Source: Marivita sp. (GTDB lineage Bacteria; Pseudomonadota; Alphaproteobacteria; Rhodobacterales; Rhodobacteraceae). Taken from it: a stretch of 64,000 nucleotides of DNA. A program made the position numbers and the translations under genes. Numbering within the stretch: position 1 is the first letter of the stretch; each line of letters begins with the position of its first letter. Under the pieces are notes generated by a model, which had not been told where the DNA came from, ran no database searches, and saw only the letters and a program-made list of their open reading frames with translations. The DNA lies in NCBI RefSeq assembly GCF_022763305.1, contig NZ_JALEGT010000093.1, forward strand, positions 461-64,460, read 5' to 3'. This document shows, piece by piece, positions 38,689 to 48,019 of the stretch.

Positions 38689-40038
38689 CTATTTCTTCCC
38701 CGGCGTGCCGTCGAACTTTTTCTCCAGGCTGTCCCAGCAATCGATGTAATCGTCCTGCAAGGGCGCCTCTTTTCCAGCAAATTCAGTAAGATGCTGCGGA
38801 AACCTCGTCTCGAACATGAAGGACATGGTGCGGTCGAGCTTGTCAGGGCCAAGGTTGGCATTCGACGCTTTTTCGAATGCCTCCCGATCCGGACCGTGGG
38901 GGAGCATCATGTTGTGCAGGCTCATGCCGCCGGGGACAAAGCCCTGCGGTTTGGCGTCGTACTGGCCGTAGATGTTGCCCATGAGCTCGGACATGATGTT
39001 CTTATGATACCACGGCGGGCGGAAGGTGTTCTCCGCCACCATCCAACGTTCACGGAAGAGAACGAAGTCGATATTCGCGGTTCCGGGAACCACGGAGGGT
39101 GCCGTCAGAACAGTGAAGATTGACGGGTCGGGATGGTCGAAGAGGATCGCGCCGACCGGACAATAGTTCCGTAAATCATACTTGTAGGGCGCGTAGTTGC
39201 CATGCCACGCCACCACGTCGAGCGGGCTTTGGCCGATTTTTGTCTCGTGGAACTGCCCGCACCATTTGACGGTCAGGGTCGACGGAACCTCGCGGTCCTC
39301 GAAGGCTGCGACCGGTGCTTTGAAATCGCGCGGGTTGGCGAGACAGTTCGCCCCGATGGGGCCACGCCCCGGAAGTTCGAATTTCTGGCCGTAGTTTTCG
39401 CAGACGAAACCCCGGCACGGACCGTCGAGAACCTCGACCCGGTAAACCAGCCCGCGCGGGATGATCGCGATCTCCTTGGGTTCGATGTCGATGATGCCAA
39501 GCTCGGTCGCAAAGCGCAGGCGTCCTTCCTGAGGAACGACAAGCAACTCGCTGTCCGCACTGAAGAAATAGGCGTCCTTCATGCTTTCGGTGACAAGGTA
39601 GATGTGGCTTGCCATGCCGACCTGCGTGTTCACATCCCCGGCCGTGGTCATGGTGCGCATGCCCGTCAGCCAGGTGAGCGGCGCATCGCTGTGCGGCACC
39701 GGATCCCAACGGTATTGGCCGAGGGAGGTCACGTCCTCAACCACATTGGGCGCGCTTTTCCAGTATGGCAGGTCAACCCGCGTATACCGCGCCGAGTGCT
39801 TGACGGAGGGGCGGATGCGGTAGGACCAAGTGCGTTCGGGCGGGTTGGCGGTGAAGGCGGTGCCGGAAAGCTGTTCACCATAAAGGCCGTAGTTGCACTT
39901 CTGTGGGCTGTTCATGCCGCGCGGCAGGGCGTCGGGCAGCGCTTCGGTCTCGAAGTCGTTGGCCCAGCCGGGCATGTATCCCGGCTCGGTCAGGGTGCCT
40001 TTGGCCTGAATGAGGCCGGATGTGTGCGGAGCATTCAT
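38689..40038 (-). CDS. hmgA: homogentisate 1,2-dioxygenase
   Basis: [43 protein letters not shown]... is diagnostic for HmgA. 449 aa. Confidence 0.95.
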   Translation of the reverse strand: MNAPHTSGLIQAKGTLTEPGYMPGWANDFETEALPDALPRGMNSPQKCNYGLYGEQLSGTAFTANPPERTWSYRIRPSVKHSARYTRVDLPYWKSAPNVVEDVTSLGQYRWDPVPHSDAPLTWLTGMRTMTTAGDVNTQVGMASHIYLVTESMKDAYFFSADSELLVVPQEGRLRFATELGIIDIEPKEIAIIPRGLVYRVEVLDGPCRGFVCENYGQKFELPGRGPIGANCLANPRDFKAPVAAFEDREVPSTLTVKWCGQFHETKIGQSPLDVVAWHGNYAPYKYDLRNYCPVGAILFDHPDPSIFTVLTAPSVVPGTANIDFVLFRERWMVAENTFRPPWYHKNIMSELMGNIYGQYDAKPQGFVPGGMSLHNMMLPHGPDREAFEKASNANLGPDKLDRTMSFMFETRFPQHLTEFAGKEAPLQDDYIDCWDSLEKKFDGTPGKK

Positions 40039-40232
40039 GACTTGTCTCCTTTCGATGCAGCGGCCAGCGCTTCGGTCAGCACCGCGCGGTCGCCGATATG
40101 GTTGGCGAGGATCAGGATCAGACGGGCATTCAGCGCGATACTGTCATCGTCGCTCAGCCCCTCATGGGTGGCCAGCAATTCGGCGTAGAAGCCATCGGGA
40201 TCAGGGACGTTGGGAGCGGTGTTCAAAGCCAT
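40035..40232 (-). CDS. DUF2783-like small protein
   Basis: 65 aa. [39 protein letters not shown] matches my recollection of DUF2783. ATGA overlap with hmgA. Confidence 0.7.
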   Translation of the reverse strand: MALNTAPNVPDPDGFYAELLATHEGLSDDDSIALNARLILILANHIGDRAVLTEALAAASKGDKS

Positions 40233-40236
40233 CGCG

Positions 40237-41850
40237 TCAGTCCTTTCCTATGGCGCGGCGCAGGGCGGCGCGGACAATCGCTTCGTCATAGGCAGGCCAG
40301 CGGGCCGCGACGTGTTGGTCGGGGCGGATCAGGTAGACGGCAGCGGGCGCATCGCCCAGATACCGGTCTTTGATCTCCCCCTCGGCAGGCACGGACAGAC
40401 AACGGACGGTCAGCCCTTCGACCTCCAGCGTGTCGGGCACATCACCCCCGATGCCGAGCAGTACAAAGTGTCCGCCAAGGTGATCCAACAGAAACCCCTG
40501 CCCCAATGGCGCATCCGGGCATGGGGCACCGGGGCGCGTGCGGGCCGGGCCATCCGTCAGCGCATCGGCTGTGTTCAGCGGCAAGCCGTCATAGACACAA
40601 GGCACCGACAACCGACCGGAATTGACCAACGGGCGGGCAAAGGCGTGATGTTCGGCAAGATCAAGCACCGCGTTGCGGAACACATGGCTGATCTTCGACT
40701 TCGGCGTGATGAAATCGGTCGAGCGCGAGGAGTTGAGGATGTTCTCGTCCGCCCCGTATCGACGTTCAAGATCGTAGCTGTCCAGCAGGCTCTCGGGCGC
40801 TTTTTCGTTCAGAACAAGCCCAAGCTTCCACCCCAGATTGTCCACATCCTGAATGCCGGAATTGGCGCCGCGCGCACCGAAAGGCGAGACCTGATGCGCG
40901 GCATCCCCGGCAAAGATCACCCGACCGTGGCGGAACTTTTTCATCCGGCGGCACTGGAAGGTGTAGATCGAGGTCCAGACCAGCTCATACTCCACATCAG
41001 GCCCAAGCATCGCATCCAGACGGCGGCGGATGTTTTCTTCCTTCAGTTCTTCCTTCCGGTCGATATCCCAGCCCAGTTGGAAGTCGATCCGCCAGACACC
41101 ATCGGGCTGCTTGTGCAGAAGCGCAGAGTCGCCCGATTTGAAATGCGGCTCGAACCAGAACCAGCGTTCGGTCGGGAAATCCGCTTTCATCGTGATGTCG
41201 GCGATCAGGAAATTGTCCTCGAACACCCGGCCCTCGAAATCGAGCCCCATCATCTTGCGGAGTGGGCTGGAGGCACCGTCACAGCCGATCAGCCAGTCCG
41301 CTTCGATCCGATACGGGCCATCCGGCGTGGTGATGTCGAGGATGACGTGATCGTCCTGCACCTCCACCGCATCCACTCGGTTCTTGCCGCGCAGGTCAAT
41401 CGGCGCGCCCGCCGCCTGTGCCTCGCGGACGCGTTCGACAAGGAAGCGTTCGAAATAGGGCTGTTGCAGGTTGATGAAGGCGGGGAAGCGGTGGCCCTCT
41501 TCGGGGAGCAGGTTGAACTCGTAAACCTGCCGGTCGTCATGGAACACCTTGCCAAGGTTCCAGACCACCCCCTTGTCCAGCATCGGTTGCGCGCACCCGT
41601 ACCGATGGGCGATCTCAAGCGTCCGTTTCGCAAAGCAGATGGCGCGGGACCCCTGCCCGACGCCCTCGTGATCATCGAGCAGGACCACCGGAATGCCTTG
41701 CAAGCCCAGGTCCAATGCCGTGGCCACACCAATTGGCCCGCCCCCCAGCACGACCACCGGATGGCGCACGGGGGCTGCCGCATCCTGATCGGTGCTGCGC
41801 GCGTAGGGGTACAGCTTGAACGCCAGCTGATAACGGTCATCGAGCGGCAT
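40237..41850 (-). CDS. FAD-dependent aromatic-ring monooxygenase (MhpA/PheA-TfdB-like)
   Basis: VVVLGGGPIGVATALDL dinucleotide fold, GDAAHQVSPFGARG FAD motif. 537 aa. Confidence 0.88.
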   Translation of the reverse strand: MPLDDRYQLAFKLYPYARSTDQDAAAPVRHPVVVLGGGPIGVATALDLGLQGIPVVLLDDHEGVGQGSRAICFAKRTLEIAHRYGCAQPMLDKGVVWNLGKVFHDDRQVYEFNLLPEEGHRFPAFINLQQPYFERFLVERVREAQAAGAPIDLRGKNRVDAVEVQDDHVILDITTPDGPYRIEADWLIGCDGASSPLRKMMGLDFEGRVFEDNFLIADITMKADFPTERWFWFEPHFKSGDSALLHKQPDGVWRIDFQLGWDIDRKEELKEENIRRRLDAMLGPDVEYELVWTSIYTFQCRRMKKFRHGRVIFAGDAAHQVSPFGARGANSGIQDVDNLGWKLGLVLNEKAPESLLDSYDLERRYGADENILNSSRSTDFITPKSKISHVFRNAVLDLAEHHAFARPLVNSGRLSVPCVYDGLPLNTADALTDGPARTRPGAPCPDAPLGQGFLLDHLGGHFVLLGIGGDVPDTLEVEGLTVRCLSVPAEGEIKDRYLGDAPAAVYLIRPDQHVAARWPAYDEAIVRAALRRAIGKD

Positions 41851-41878
41851 GATGGGTCTCCTCCCCCCTCAGTCAGCC

Positions 41879-42823
41879 TTAGCCTTGCAATTGTTCCCAC
41901 ATCTCGAGGTCACGTTCCGCCGTCCAGACGCGCGGATGCACAATCCCGCGCGCCTCGTCATAGGCGCGGGCGACGTTGAACGGCAGGCAGTGTTCGTAGA
42001 TCGCGTAATCCTTGAACTTGGGATCGCAGGCATCCCGTACCGCATCCCACGCATCCTTGAGGCTTCCGCCCTTCGCGGCAATCGGTTTGACCGCGTTATA
42101 GGTGCTGTCCACAAAGTCCCGCGTGTTCGCGAGGGCGGCATCCACCATATCGCGCCCCACAAGAGCGTCACCGCGACCGGGCGCGATGCTCTGCGGATCA
42201 TAGGCTTTGACCGCATCCAGTGTCGCGCCCCACTCCTCGAAATGGCCGTCGCCACAATAGCAGGCCGAGTGGTACTCCACGATGTCCCCCGTGAACATGG
42301 TCTGACTGTCAGGCACGCAGATCACGCTGTCCCCGGCGGTATGCGCGCGCCCGATCTGTTTGATCTCGACCTTCCGCTTGCCCAGATAGACCGTCATGCT
42401 GTCGCTGAAGGTGGTGGTGGGCCATGTCAGGCCGGGGATGCTTTCGTGGCCTTCGAAAAGGCGCGGAAAGCGCTGGAATTCGCTGTCCCAGTCTTCTTGC
42501 CCGCGTTCGACCACCATGCCGCGCGCGGCGTCGGACATGATGATCTGGTCGGCGTTGAAGGCGCTCGCCCCGAGCACCCGCACCGCGTGGTAATGGGTCA
42601 GCACCACGTGGGAAATCGGCTTGTCGGTCACGCTGCGCACACAGTCGATGACCTTCTGCGCCAGACGGGGTGTGGCCTGCGCCTCGACGATCATCACACT
42701 GTCATCGCCGATGATCACGCCGGAATTCGGGTCTCCCTCGGCGGTGAAGGCATAGAGGCCATCACCAATCTCGGTGAAGGAAATCTGCTTTTCTGCGGTG
42801 TCACCCTGCGATGCAAAGGCCAT
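41879..42823 (-). CDS. MBL-fold protein with degenerate HxHxDH motif
   Basis: VVLTHYHAVRVLG sits where HxHxDH is expected. Later GRAHTAGD and FTGDIV are present. 314 aa. Confidence 0.8.
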   Translation of the reverse strand: MAFASQGDTAEKQISFTEIGDGLYAFTAEGDPNSGVIIGDDSVMIVEAQATPRLAQKVIDCVRSVTDKPISHVVLTHYHAVRVLGASAFNADQIIMSDAARGMVVERGQEDWDSEFQRFPRLFEGHESIPGLTWPTTTFSDSMTVYLGKRKVEIKQIGRAHTAGDSVICVPDSQTMFTGDIVEYHSACYCGDGHFEEWGATLDAVKAYDPQSIAPGRGDALVGRDMVDAALANTRDFVDSTYNAVKPIAAKGGSLKDAWDAVRDACDPKFKDYAIYEHCLPFNVARAYDEARGIVHPRVWTAERDLEMWEQLQG

Positions 42824-42933
42824 TGTTGCATGTCTCTCCCTGATTGGTTTGGTGCAGTCTCCTGCGCGACCTTGGTCGTTGCAAAAGCAACAAAAGTCAA
42901 TATCATTTCATTTGCAACGAGTTTGGAACCGCC

Positions 42934-43443
42934 ATGACGCCCGACACCTTTCACCTGTCGTCTTTCCTGCCCTACCGCCTTGCCGTGCTGTCCGAACGGG
43001 TCAGTCGGCGGCTGTCGGTGGAATACGGGCGGACGCACGGTCTGGTCGTCGCGGAATGGCGTGTGCTGGTGCATCTGCTGCGGTGCGGGGCTGTGTCGGT
43101 CCGGGACATCCACAATTGCGTCAATCTGGAAAAACCGCGCGTCAGCCGGGCCGTGTCACGGCTCGAAGCGGAGGGGCTGGTGCAGAAAACGCAAGGTGAA
43201 GGCGATGGGCGACTGGTCGCCATCTCGCTGACCGAAGCGGGACGCGACGTGCTGACGGACATCATCCCTGCTGCTACGCGGATCGAACGCAGCATGATGG
43301 AGGCCGTCAGCCCGGACGATCTGGCAACGTTCTTCCGCGTGATGGAGCGGATGCACGCGGTGCTGGACGATGATCCCGAGGCCAAACCGCGCACGGAGAT
43401 GGACCGACGCCCCGGGATCACCGCGTTGGCGCAACAGGGCTAG
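42934..43443 (+). CDS. MarR family transcriptional regulator (divergent from the hmgA unit)
   Basis: Internal ATG (MTPDTFHLSSFLPYRLAVL). Winged helix NLEKPRVSRAVSRLEAEGLVQKTQGEGDGRLVAISLT. Confidence 0.88.
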   Translation: MTPDTFHLSSFLPYRLAVLSERVSRRLSVEYGRTHGLVVAEWRVLVHLLRCGAVSVRDIHNCVNLEKPRVSRAVSRLEAEGLVQKTQGEGDGRLVAISLTEAGRDVLTDIIPAATRIERSMMEAVSPDDLATFFRVMERMHAVLDDDPEAKPRTEMDRRPGITALAQQG

Positions 43444-43637
43444 GTTTTTGCAATGCGCGCCTTCGGGCGCCTGGCCCTTCGCGACCCGGGTCCGCCTCGC
43501 CATGCGAGGATCAGGGCCGAAACGATCGCGGCGACGCCGCCCAGCAAGGGCAGCGTAGAGGCGATCATGACCACCTCGTGATGGGCCGCTGCCGGGGTGG
43601 CGACAAGCGCCAGCAAGACCGCAAGCGCTCTCCTCAT
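43440..43637 (-). CDS. small membrane protein: predicted signal peptide, then HHE, one TM helix and a basic tail
   Basis: Internal ATG in ATGA overlap with the upstream ORF. MRRALAVLLALVATPAAA|HHEVVMIASTLPLLGGVAAIVSALILAWRGGPGSRRARRPKARIAKT. High GC3. No family recognised. Confidence 0.55.
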   Translation of the reverse strand: MRRALAVLLALVATPAAAHHEVVMIASTLPLLGGVAAIVSALILAWRGGPGSRRARRPKARIAKT

Positions 43638-44062
43638 GTCACATCCCGCGCGGCGGGGTGGAGTTTGAGGAAGGCGCGCAGGTCGGTCACCTGTTTGGCG
43701 CGCAATGAGACATAGACAAAGCCCATATTCGTCCGCTCCGTCACCATGTCGCCGGGATACGGCAGATAGGACAGTTCCTGTGATCCGAAGGAGGGCGAGG
43801 CCGTGCCGACCTGCCATTCCGTGGTCAGTTGCACATCCACCAGTTTCATCGAGGGTCCGCCATCGGGGGCCGCGATTTCCAAAGGCACACCCGCCAGCCG
43901 AAGGTAAGACATCTTGTCCTTTGCCGCGACAAACCCGTCGATGAACTGCGCGGTGAGCACCTGCAGCTCTTCCGCCTTGTCGGCGTCAGGCATATGGCTG
44001 TGCAGGTGGTCGCCATGGCTGTGGTTGTGGCCGATATGGCCGTTCACGATATCATGTGGCAT
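43634..44062 (-). CDS. uncharacterised His-rich protein (MPHDIVNGHIGHNHSHGDHLHSH...)
   Basis: ATG 44062 has AAGGAAAG upstream and overlaps the hydrolase stop by 11 nt. The alternative ATG at 44092 has no RBS. Nine His occur in the first 23 residues, followed by about 115 aa with no motif I recognise. Confidence 0.65.
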   Translation of the reverse strand: MPHDIVNGHIGHNHSHGDHLHSHMPDADKAEELQVLTAQFIDGFVAAKDKMSYLRLAGVPLEIAAPDGGPSMKLVDVQLTTEWQVGTASPSFGSQELSYLPYPGDMVTERTNMGFVYVSLRAKQVTDLRAFLKLHPAARDVT

Positions 44063-45296
44063 TGGACCACCGCTTTCCTTCGAACGCGCCATGCGGGATC
44101 GTCACGGGCTTATCGATATGGCGCTTGTGTTTGCCAAGATTGCCCGAGGCGACAAGGCTGCCCAGCACATCGACGATCACGCGGGTGCCCATGAGTGCGG
44201 TGATTTCGGACTGGTCATAGGGCGGCGCCACTTCGACCAGCTCCATGCCGCAGATGCCTTCGGCTGCGACCTTGGAGGCCAAGGCCAGTGCCTCGCGCGG
44301 CAGGAAGCCACCGGGTTCGGGCCAGCCTGTGCCGGGCACAAACCCGCAGTCGATGCTGTCGATGTCGAAGGACATGTAAACCATGTCGACCCCATCCCAC
44401 GCCATCTCGAGCGCCATCTCGGCGGTCTTGTCGACACCCATCTTTTCCATGTCACCCATGGTGATGATGTTGGTTTCGCGTTCGCGCGCGACCTTCACCG
44501 CCTCGCGGGGGACCTGCCAGCCGCCGATGCCCACCTGCACCAGGTTCTTGGCAGGCACGTTGGGCAGGTTCGTGGAATGGAACCACGGGGTTGTGTGCAT
44601 CCGCTCGTCCAGATCCTTCTCCTGAATGTCGGCGTGGCGGTCGAAATGCACGATGCCGATCTTCTTGGACGTACATTCCGCAATCCCGCGCACACAGGGA
44701 AAGCCGATGGAATGGTCGCCGCCGATCATGATCGGCAAACTGCCCGAGGAAAACACGTGGCTGACGGCGCGGCTGATCTGGTCAAAGGTCTTTTCGATAT
44801 TGGCGGGGATCGTGAACACGTCGCCCGCATCACAGAGCGTCATCTGTTCACGCAGATCGACGGCCATTTCGTAATTGTAGGGCGTGTAGAGCGCACTGAT
44901 CTTGCGCACACCCTGCGGGCCGAACCGAGTGCCTGCGCGATAGGTCGTGCCGCCGTCAAAGGGAATGCCCAGAACGGTGGCGTCATAGTCCCCCACCTCG
45001 GTCACGTCCTCGGCATAGGGGGCCTTGAGAAAGGTGTTGATCCCGGCGTAATGCGGCAGCTCCCCACGGGCGAAGGTGGGGATGGACTTGTCCTCGATGC
45101 TGTCGGCCCCGGTCAGGCCCATGCGCAGCGCCCATTTGCGCTCCTGCTCCCAGCCGCTGCCGGGGATGCCCGCCTCGTCATGCATCGCCTTCCAGCCGCG
45201 CAGCTTGGTCAGGTCGGGATGGTGATGGCGCGCCTCGGTGCGGGGGTGATCCGCAGGGTGGTGCGACCGGGTCCGGTCACGCGGGCTGTGGAACAT
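44052..45296 (-). CDS. extended arginase/agmatinase-family ureohydrolase (candidate guanidine hydrolase, GdmH-like)
   Basis: Metal-site motifs GGDHSIG, FDRHADI, SFDIDSID and ELVEVAPPYD. There is an N-terminal extension of about 70 aa beginning MFHSPRDRTRSHHPADHPRTEARHHHPD. GC3 stays high through the extension, so the upstream ATG is preferred; it overlaps the ATPase end by 20 nt. Confidence 0.85.
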   Translation of the reverse strand: MFHSPRDRTRSHHPADHPRTEARHHHPDLTKLRGWKAMHDEAGIPGSGWEQERKWALRMGLTGADSIEDKSIPTFARGELPHYAGINTFLKAPYAEDVTEVGDYDATVLGIPFDGGTTYRAGTRFGPQGVRKISALYTPYNYEMAVDLREQMTLCDAGDVFTIPANIEKTFDQISRAVSHVFSSGSLPIMIGGDHSIGFPCVRGIAECTSKKIGIVHFDRHADIQEKDLDERMHTTPWFHSTNLPNVPAKNLVQVGIGGWQVPREAVKVARERETNIITMGDMEKMGVDKTAEMALEMAWDGVDMVYMSFDIDSIDCGFVPGTGWPEPGGFLPREALALASKVAAEGICGMELVEVAPPYDQSEITALMGTRVIVDVLGSLVASGNLGKHKRHIDKPVTIPHGAFEGKRWSNAT

Positions 45297-46044
45297 GGGA
45301 AGCCTCCTTCAGGGTCTGGTACGGGATGCCGCCATTGCGGGCATCGAAATCGTAGGTGATGGTCGCGCCATAGCGGGACGGGTCGTGCGGGTCCCAACGG
45401 GGCTTATCGAAGACGAGAACGCGGTCACCCAGCTTGAACGCTTCTTCGAGGTCATGGGTGACCATGAACACGGTCATGCCGGTTTCGGCGCGCAGGTCCT
45501 GCAGGAAATCATGCATGGACACGCGCGTTCCGGGATCGAGCGCGCCGAAGGGTTCATCGAGCAGAAGGACACGCGGTTTCGCGGCCAGTGCCTGAGCGAT
45601 GGCAAGGCGCTGCTGCATGCCGCCCGACAGCGTGGCCGGGTAGTTGTCGGCGACGTGATCCAGGCCGATACGCGCGAGCGTCCGGTCGGCGCGCTCGCGG
45701 GCGGCCCTTGATTTTTCTCCGAAAAATCGGCCCCACCCGCTGCGGAAGCTTTCACCAGCCACGATGTTGTCCCGCACCGTCATATGCGGAAAGACCGAAT
45801 AGCGCTGAAACACGATGCCCCGGTCCAAACCCGGTTCGCGCGCAGGCTCTGCCCCGTCGATGCGGATCTCGCCACGCGACGGACGCTCCTGAGCCAGCAG
45901 AAGCCGCAGGAAGGTGGACTTGCCACAGCCGGACGCTCCGACGATGGAGATGAACTCTCCCTCGTCCACGTCCAAATTCACGCGTTCGATGATCGGGCGG
46001 TTGTCATAGGTTTGGAACAGGTCGCGGACGGTGACAAAGCTCAT
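45277..46044 (-). CDS. ABC transporter ATP-binding protein (NitT/TauT family)
   Basis: Internal ATG (MSFVTVRDLF) in ATGA overlap with the permease. Motifs [35 protein letters not shown]. Confidence 0.9.
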   Translation of the reverse strand: MSFVTVRDLFQTYDNRPIIERVNLDVDEGEFISIVGASGCGKSTFLRLLLAQERPSRGEIRIDGAEPAREPGLDRGIVFQRYSVFPHMTVRDNIVAGESFRSGWGRFFGEKSRAARERADRTLARIGLDHVADNYPATLSGGMQQRLAIAQALAAKPRVLLLDEPFGALDPGTRVSMHDFLQDLRAETGMTVFMVTHDLEEAFKLGDRVLVFDKPRWDPHDPSRYGATITYDFDARNGGIPYQTLKEASHVPQPA

Positions 46045-46853
46045 AGCCCCTCCTCCGCCCACGGGTAGACACGGCGCGAGGCCCAGCGCAGAAGCCAGTC
46101 CATCGCGAAGGCAAGCAGGGTGATCCAGATCACGTAGGTCAGGATGACGTCCATCGCGAGATAGCGGCGCACCAGGAAAATGCGGTAGCCGAGGCCCAGA
46201 TCCGCGGCGATGGCCTCGGCCGCGATCAGGAAAAGCCATGCGGGGCCAAGCGACAGGCGCACCGCCTGTATGAGGCGCGGCATGACCTGCGGCAGCGCCA
46301 CGCGGATCGCAATGACCCAGCTTGACGCGCCCAGTGTCTGCGCCTTGACCAGAAGTTCCTGCGGAATTTCGAGCGTGCGCTGACTCAGATCGCGGATGAT
46401 GAAGGGCAAGGTGCCGACGACGATCAGCACCACCTTGGAGAGCTCACCCAGCCCGAACACGATGAAGAGGATCGGCAACAGCGCCAGTGGTGGGATCATC
46501 GACAGCACGGCCACGAATTGCGACAGCAGGTTGCGCACAAGCGGGAACAGACCAATAAGCAGGCCGAAGACCAGCCCGACGCTGGCCGAGATGGCGATGC
46601 CCAGCCACAGCCGTTGCAGGCTGGCCCATGTGTCATGCCAAAAGAGGATGCGCCCCGTGCGTCTGTCGCCTTCGGTGAGCAGGCGCATCATCGTATCGCC
46701 AATCGTTCCAGGCGCGGGCAACAGCTTGTCCGACGGGTTTTCCGTGAGCCGGATATCCGACCCCATCGCATAGGCGATCATCACCGCTGCAAAGGGCAGC
46801 AGCACGAGAAACAGCGCGAGCGCGGGGCCGGGTTTTATGTTGATCAGACGCAT
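46041..46853 (-). CDS. ABC transporter permease (NitT/TauT family)
   Basis: Multi-TM, 270 aa, between the binding protein and the ATPase. Confidence 0.88.
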   Translation of the reverse strand: MRLINIKPGPALALFLVLLPFAAVMIAYAMGSDIRLTENPSDKLLPAPGTIGDTMMRLLTEGDRRTGRILFWHDTWASLQRLWLGIAISASVGLVFGLLIGLFPLVRNLLSQFVAVLSMIPPLALLPILFIVFGLGELSKVVLIVVGTLPFIIRDLSQRTLEIPQELLVKAQTLGASSWVIAIRVALPQVMPRLIQAVRLSLGPAWLFLIAAEAIAADLGLGYRIFLVRRYLAMDVILTYVIWITLLAFAMDWLLRWASRRVYPWAEEGL

Positions 46854-46892
46854 CGGGAAGATGCCGCCACGCGCACGCGTGACGGCGGGTCC

Positions 46893-47939
46893 TTAGAGGC
46901 TGCCGTCGGCAGCCATCTGCATGTAGGTCGTGTCGAAGCGGAACATGACGTTGTTCGCATCACCCGTGATCGAGCCGTCCGGATAGGCCACACCGACGAA
47001 ATCCGCCGAGGGTGCACCTTCACCCAGAATGCCCTTGTCGAACAGGAATTCGGCAACATTGACCATCGTCTGCGGCAGCTCTGCGCTTTCGGTGAAGGCC
47101 ACCGCGGCGGCGGGATCGTAGAACATCTCGGTCGAGGCAAGCTGGGCCTTGTATCCGGTCAGATCGGTGCCCGAGGCGTCGGCCATCGCGGTCAGGACGT
47201 CTTCGTCGCCTGCCGCCATCAGGCTCATCACCTCGTACCACGCCCCCACCAGCGCCTTGCCGAAATCCGGGTTCGCGTCGAGCGTTTCGGTGTTCACCAC
47301 CATCAGGTCGATGATTTCGCCGGGGATGTCGGAGCTGTCGAAAATGCTGTTGGCCCCCGGTGTTTCGAGGATCGAGGACACCAGCGGGTTCCATGTGACC
47401 ACCGCTTCGACATCGTCAGTGGCAAAGGCCGCGATCATGTCGGCGTCCGACGTGTTGATCACCCCACCCAAATCCGCCTCGGACAGGCCCACACTGTCGA
47501 GCCCCCGCGCCAGCAGATAGTGCGAAACCGACAGTTCCACGAGGTTCACCGGCTTGCCCGCCAGACTCGTCAGATCGCCCTCGCCCTTGAGGATCACCGC
47601 GTCATTGCCGTTGGAATAGTCACCCACGATCAACGCCGTGGTGTCGACACCGCCACCCGAGGGGATCGAAAGCGTGTCCATGTTGGTGGCGGACACACCA
47701 TCGAATTGACCGGCGGTGTATTGGTTGATCGACTCGATATAATCGTTGATCTGCACGATCTCGACATCGATGCCGTATTTTTCGGCCCATTTGTCCATGA
47801 TGCCGCTGTCTTCGAGATAGCCCCAGGGCATCCAGCCGACATAGATCGACCAGGCGACACGGAATTCGGTCTTCTCTTGCGCGACAGCGCCGGTCGCAAG
47901 GCAAAGAGCAAGGGCGGTGGTGGTTACAAGCTTTTTCAT
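46893..47939 (-). CDS. ABC transporter substrate-binding protein (NitT/TauT type; first gene after the riboswitch)
   Basis: Signal peptide MKKLVTTTALALCLATGAVA. Periplasmic-binding-protein sequence. Confidence 0.88.
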   Translation of the reverse strand: MKKLVTTTALALCLATGAVAQEKTEFRVAWSIYVGWMPWGYLEDSGIMDKWAEKYGIDVEIVQINDYIESINQYTAGQFDGVSATNMDTLSIPSGGGVDTTALIVGDYSNGNDAVILKGEGDLTSLAGKPVNLVELSVSHYLLARGLDSVGLSEADLGGVINTSDADMIAAFATDDVEAVVTWNPLVSSILETPGANSIFDSSDIPGEIIDLMVVNTETLDANPDFGKALVGAWYEVMSLMAAGDEDVLTAMADASGTDLTGYKAQLASTEMFYDPAAAVAFTESAELPQTMVNVAEFLFDKGILGEGAPSADFVGVAYPDGSITGDANNVMFRFDTTYMQMAADGSL

Positions 47940-48019
47940 CTTCGGTCCCCATCAGGTTTTCACAATGGAATGACCGCGTGGAGGGCATCATCGGAGCGCG
48001 GGTCAAACCAGCGCAGTAG

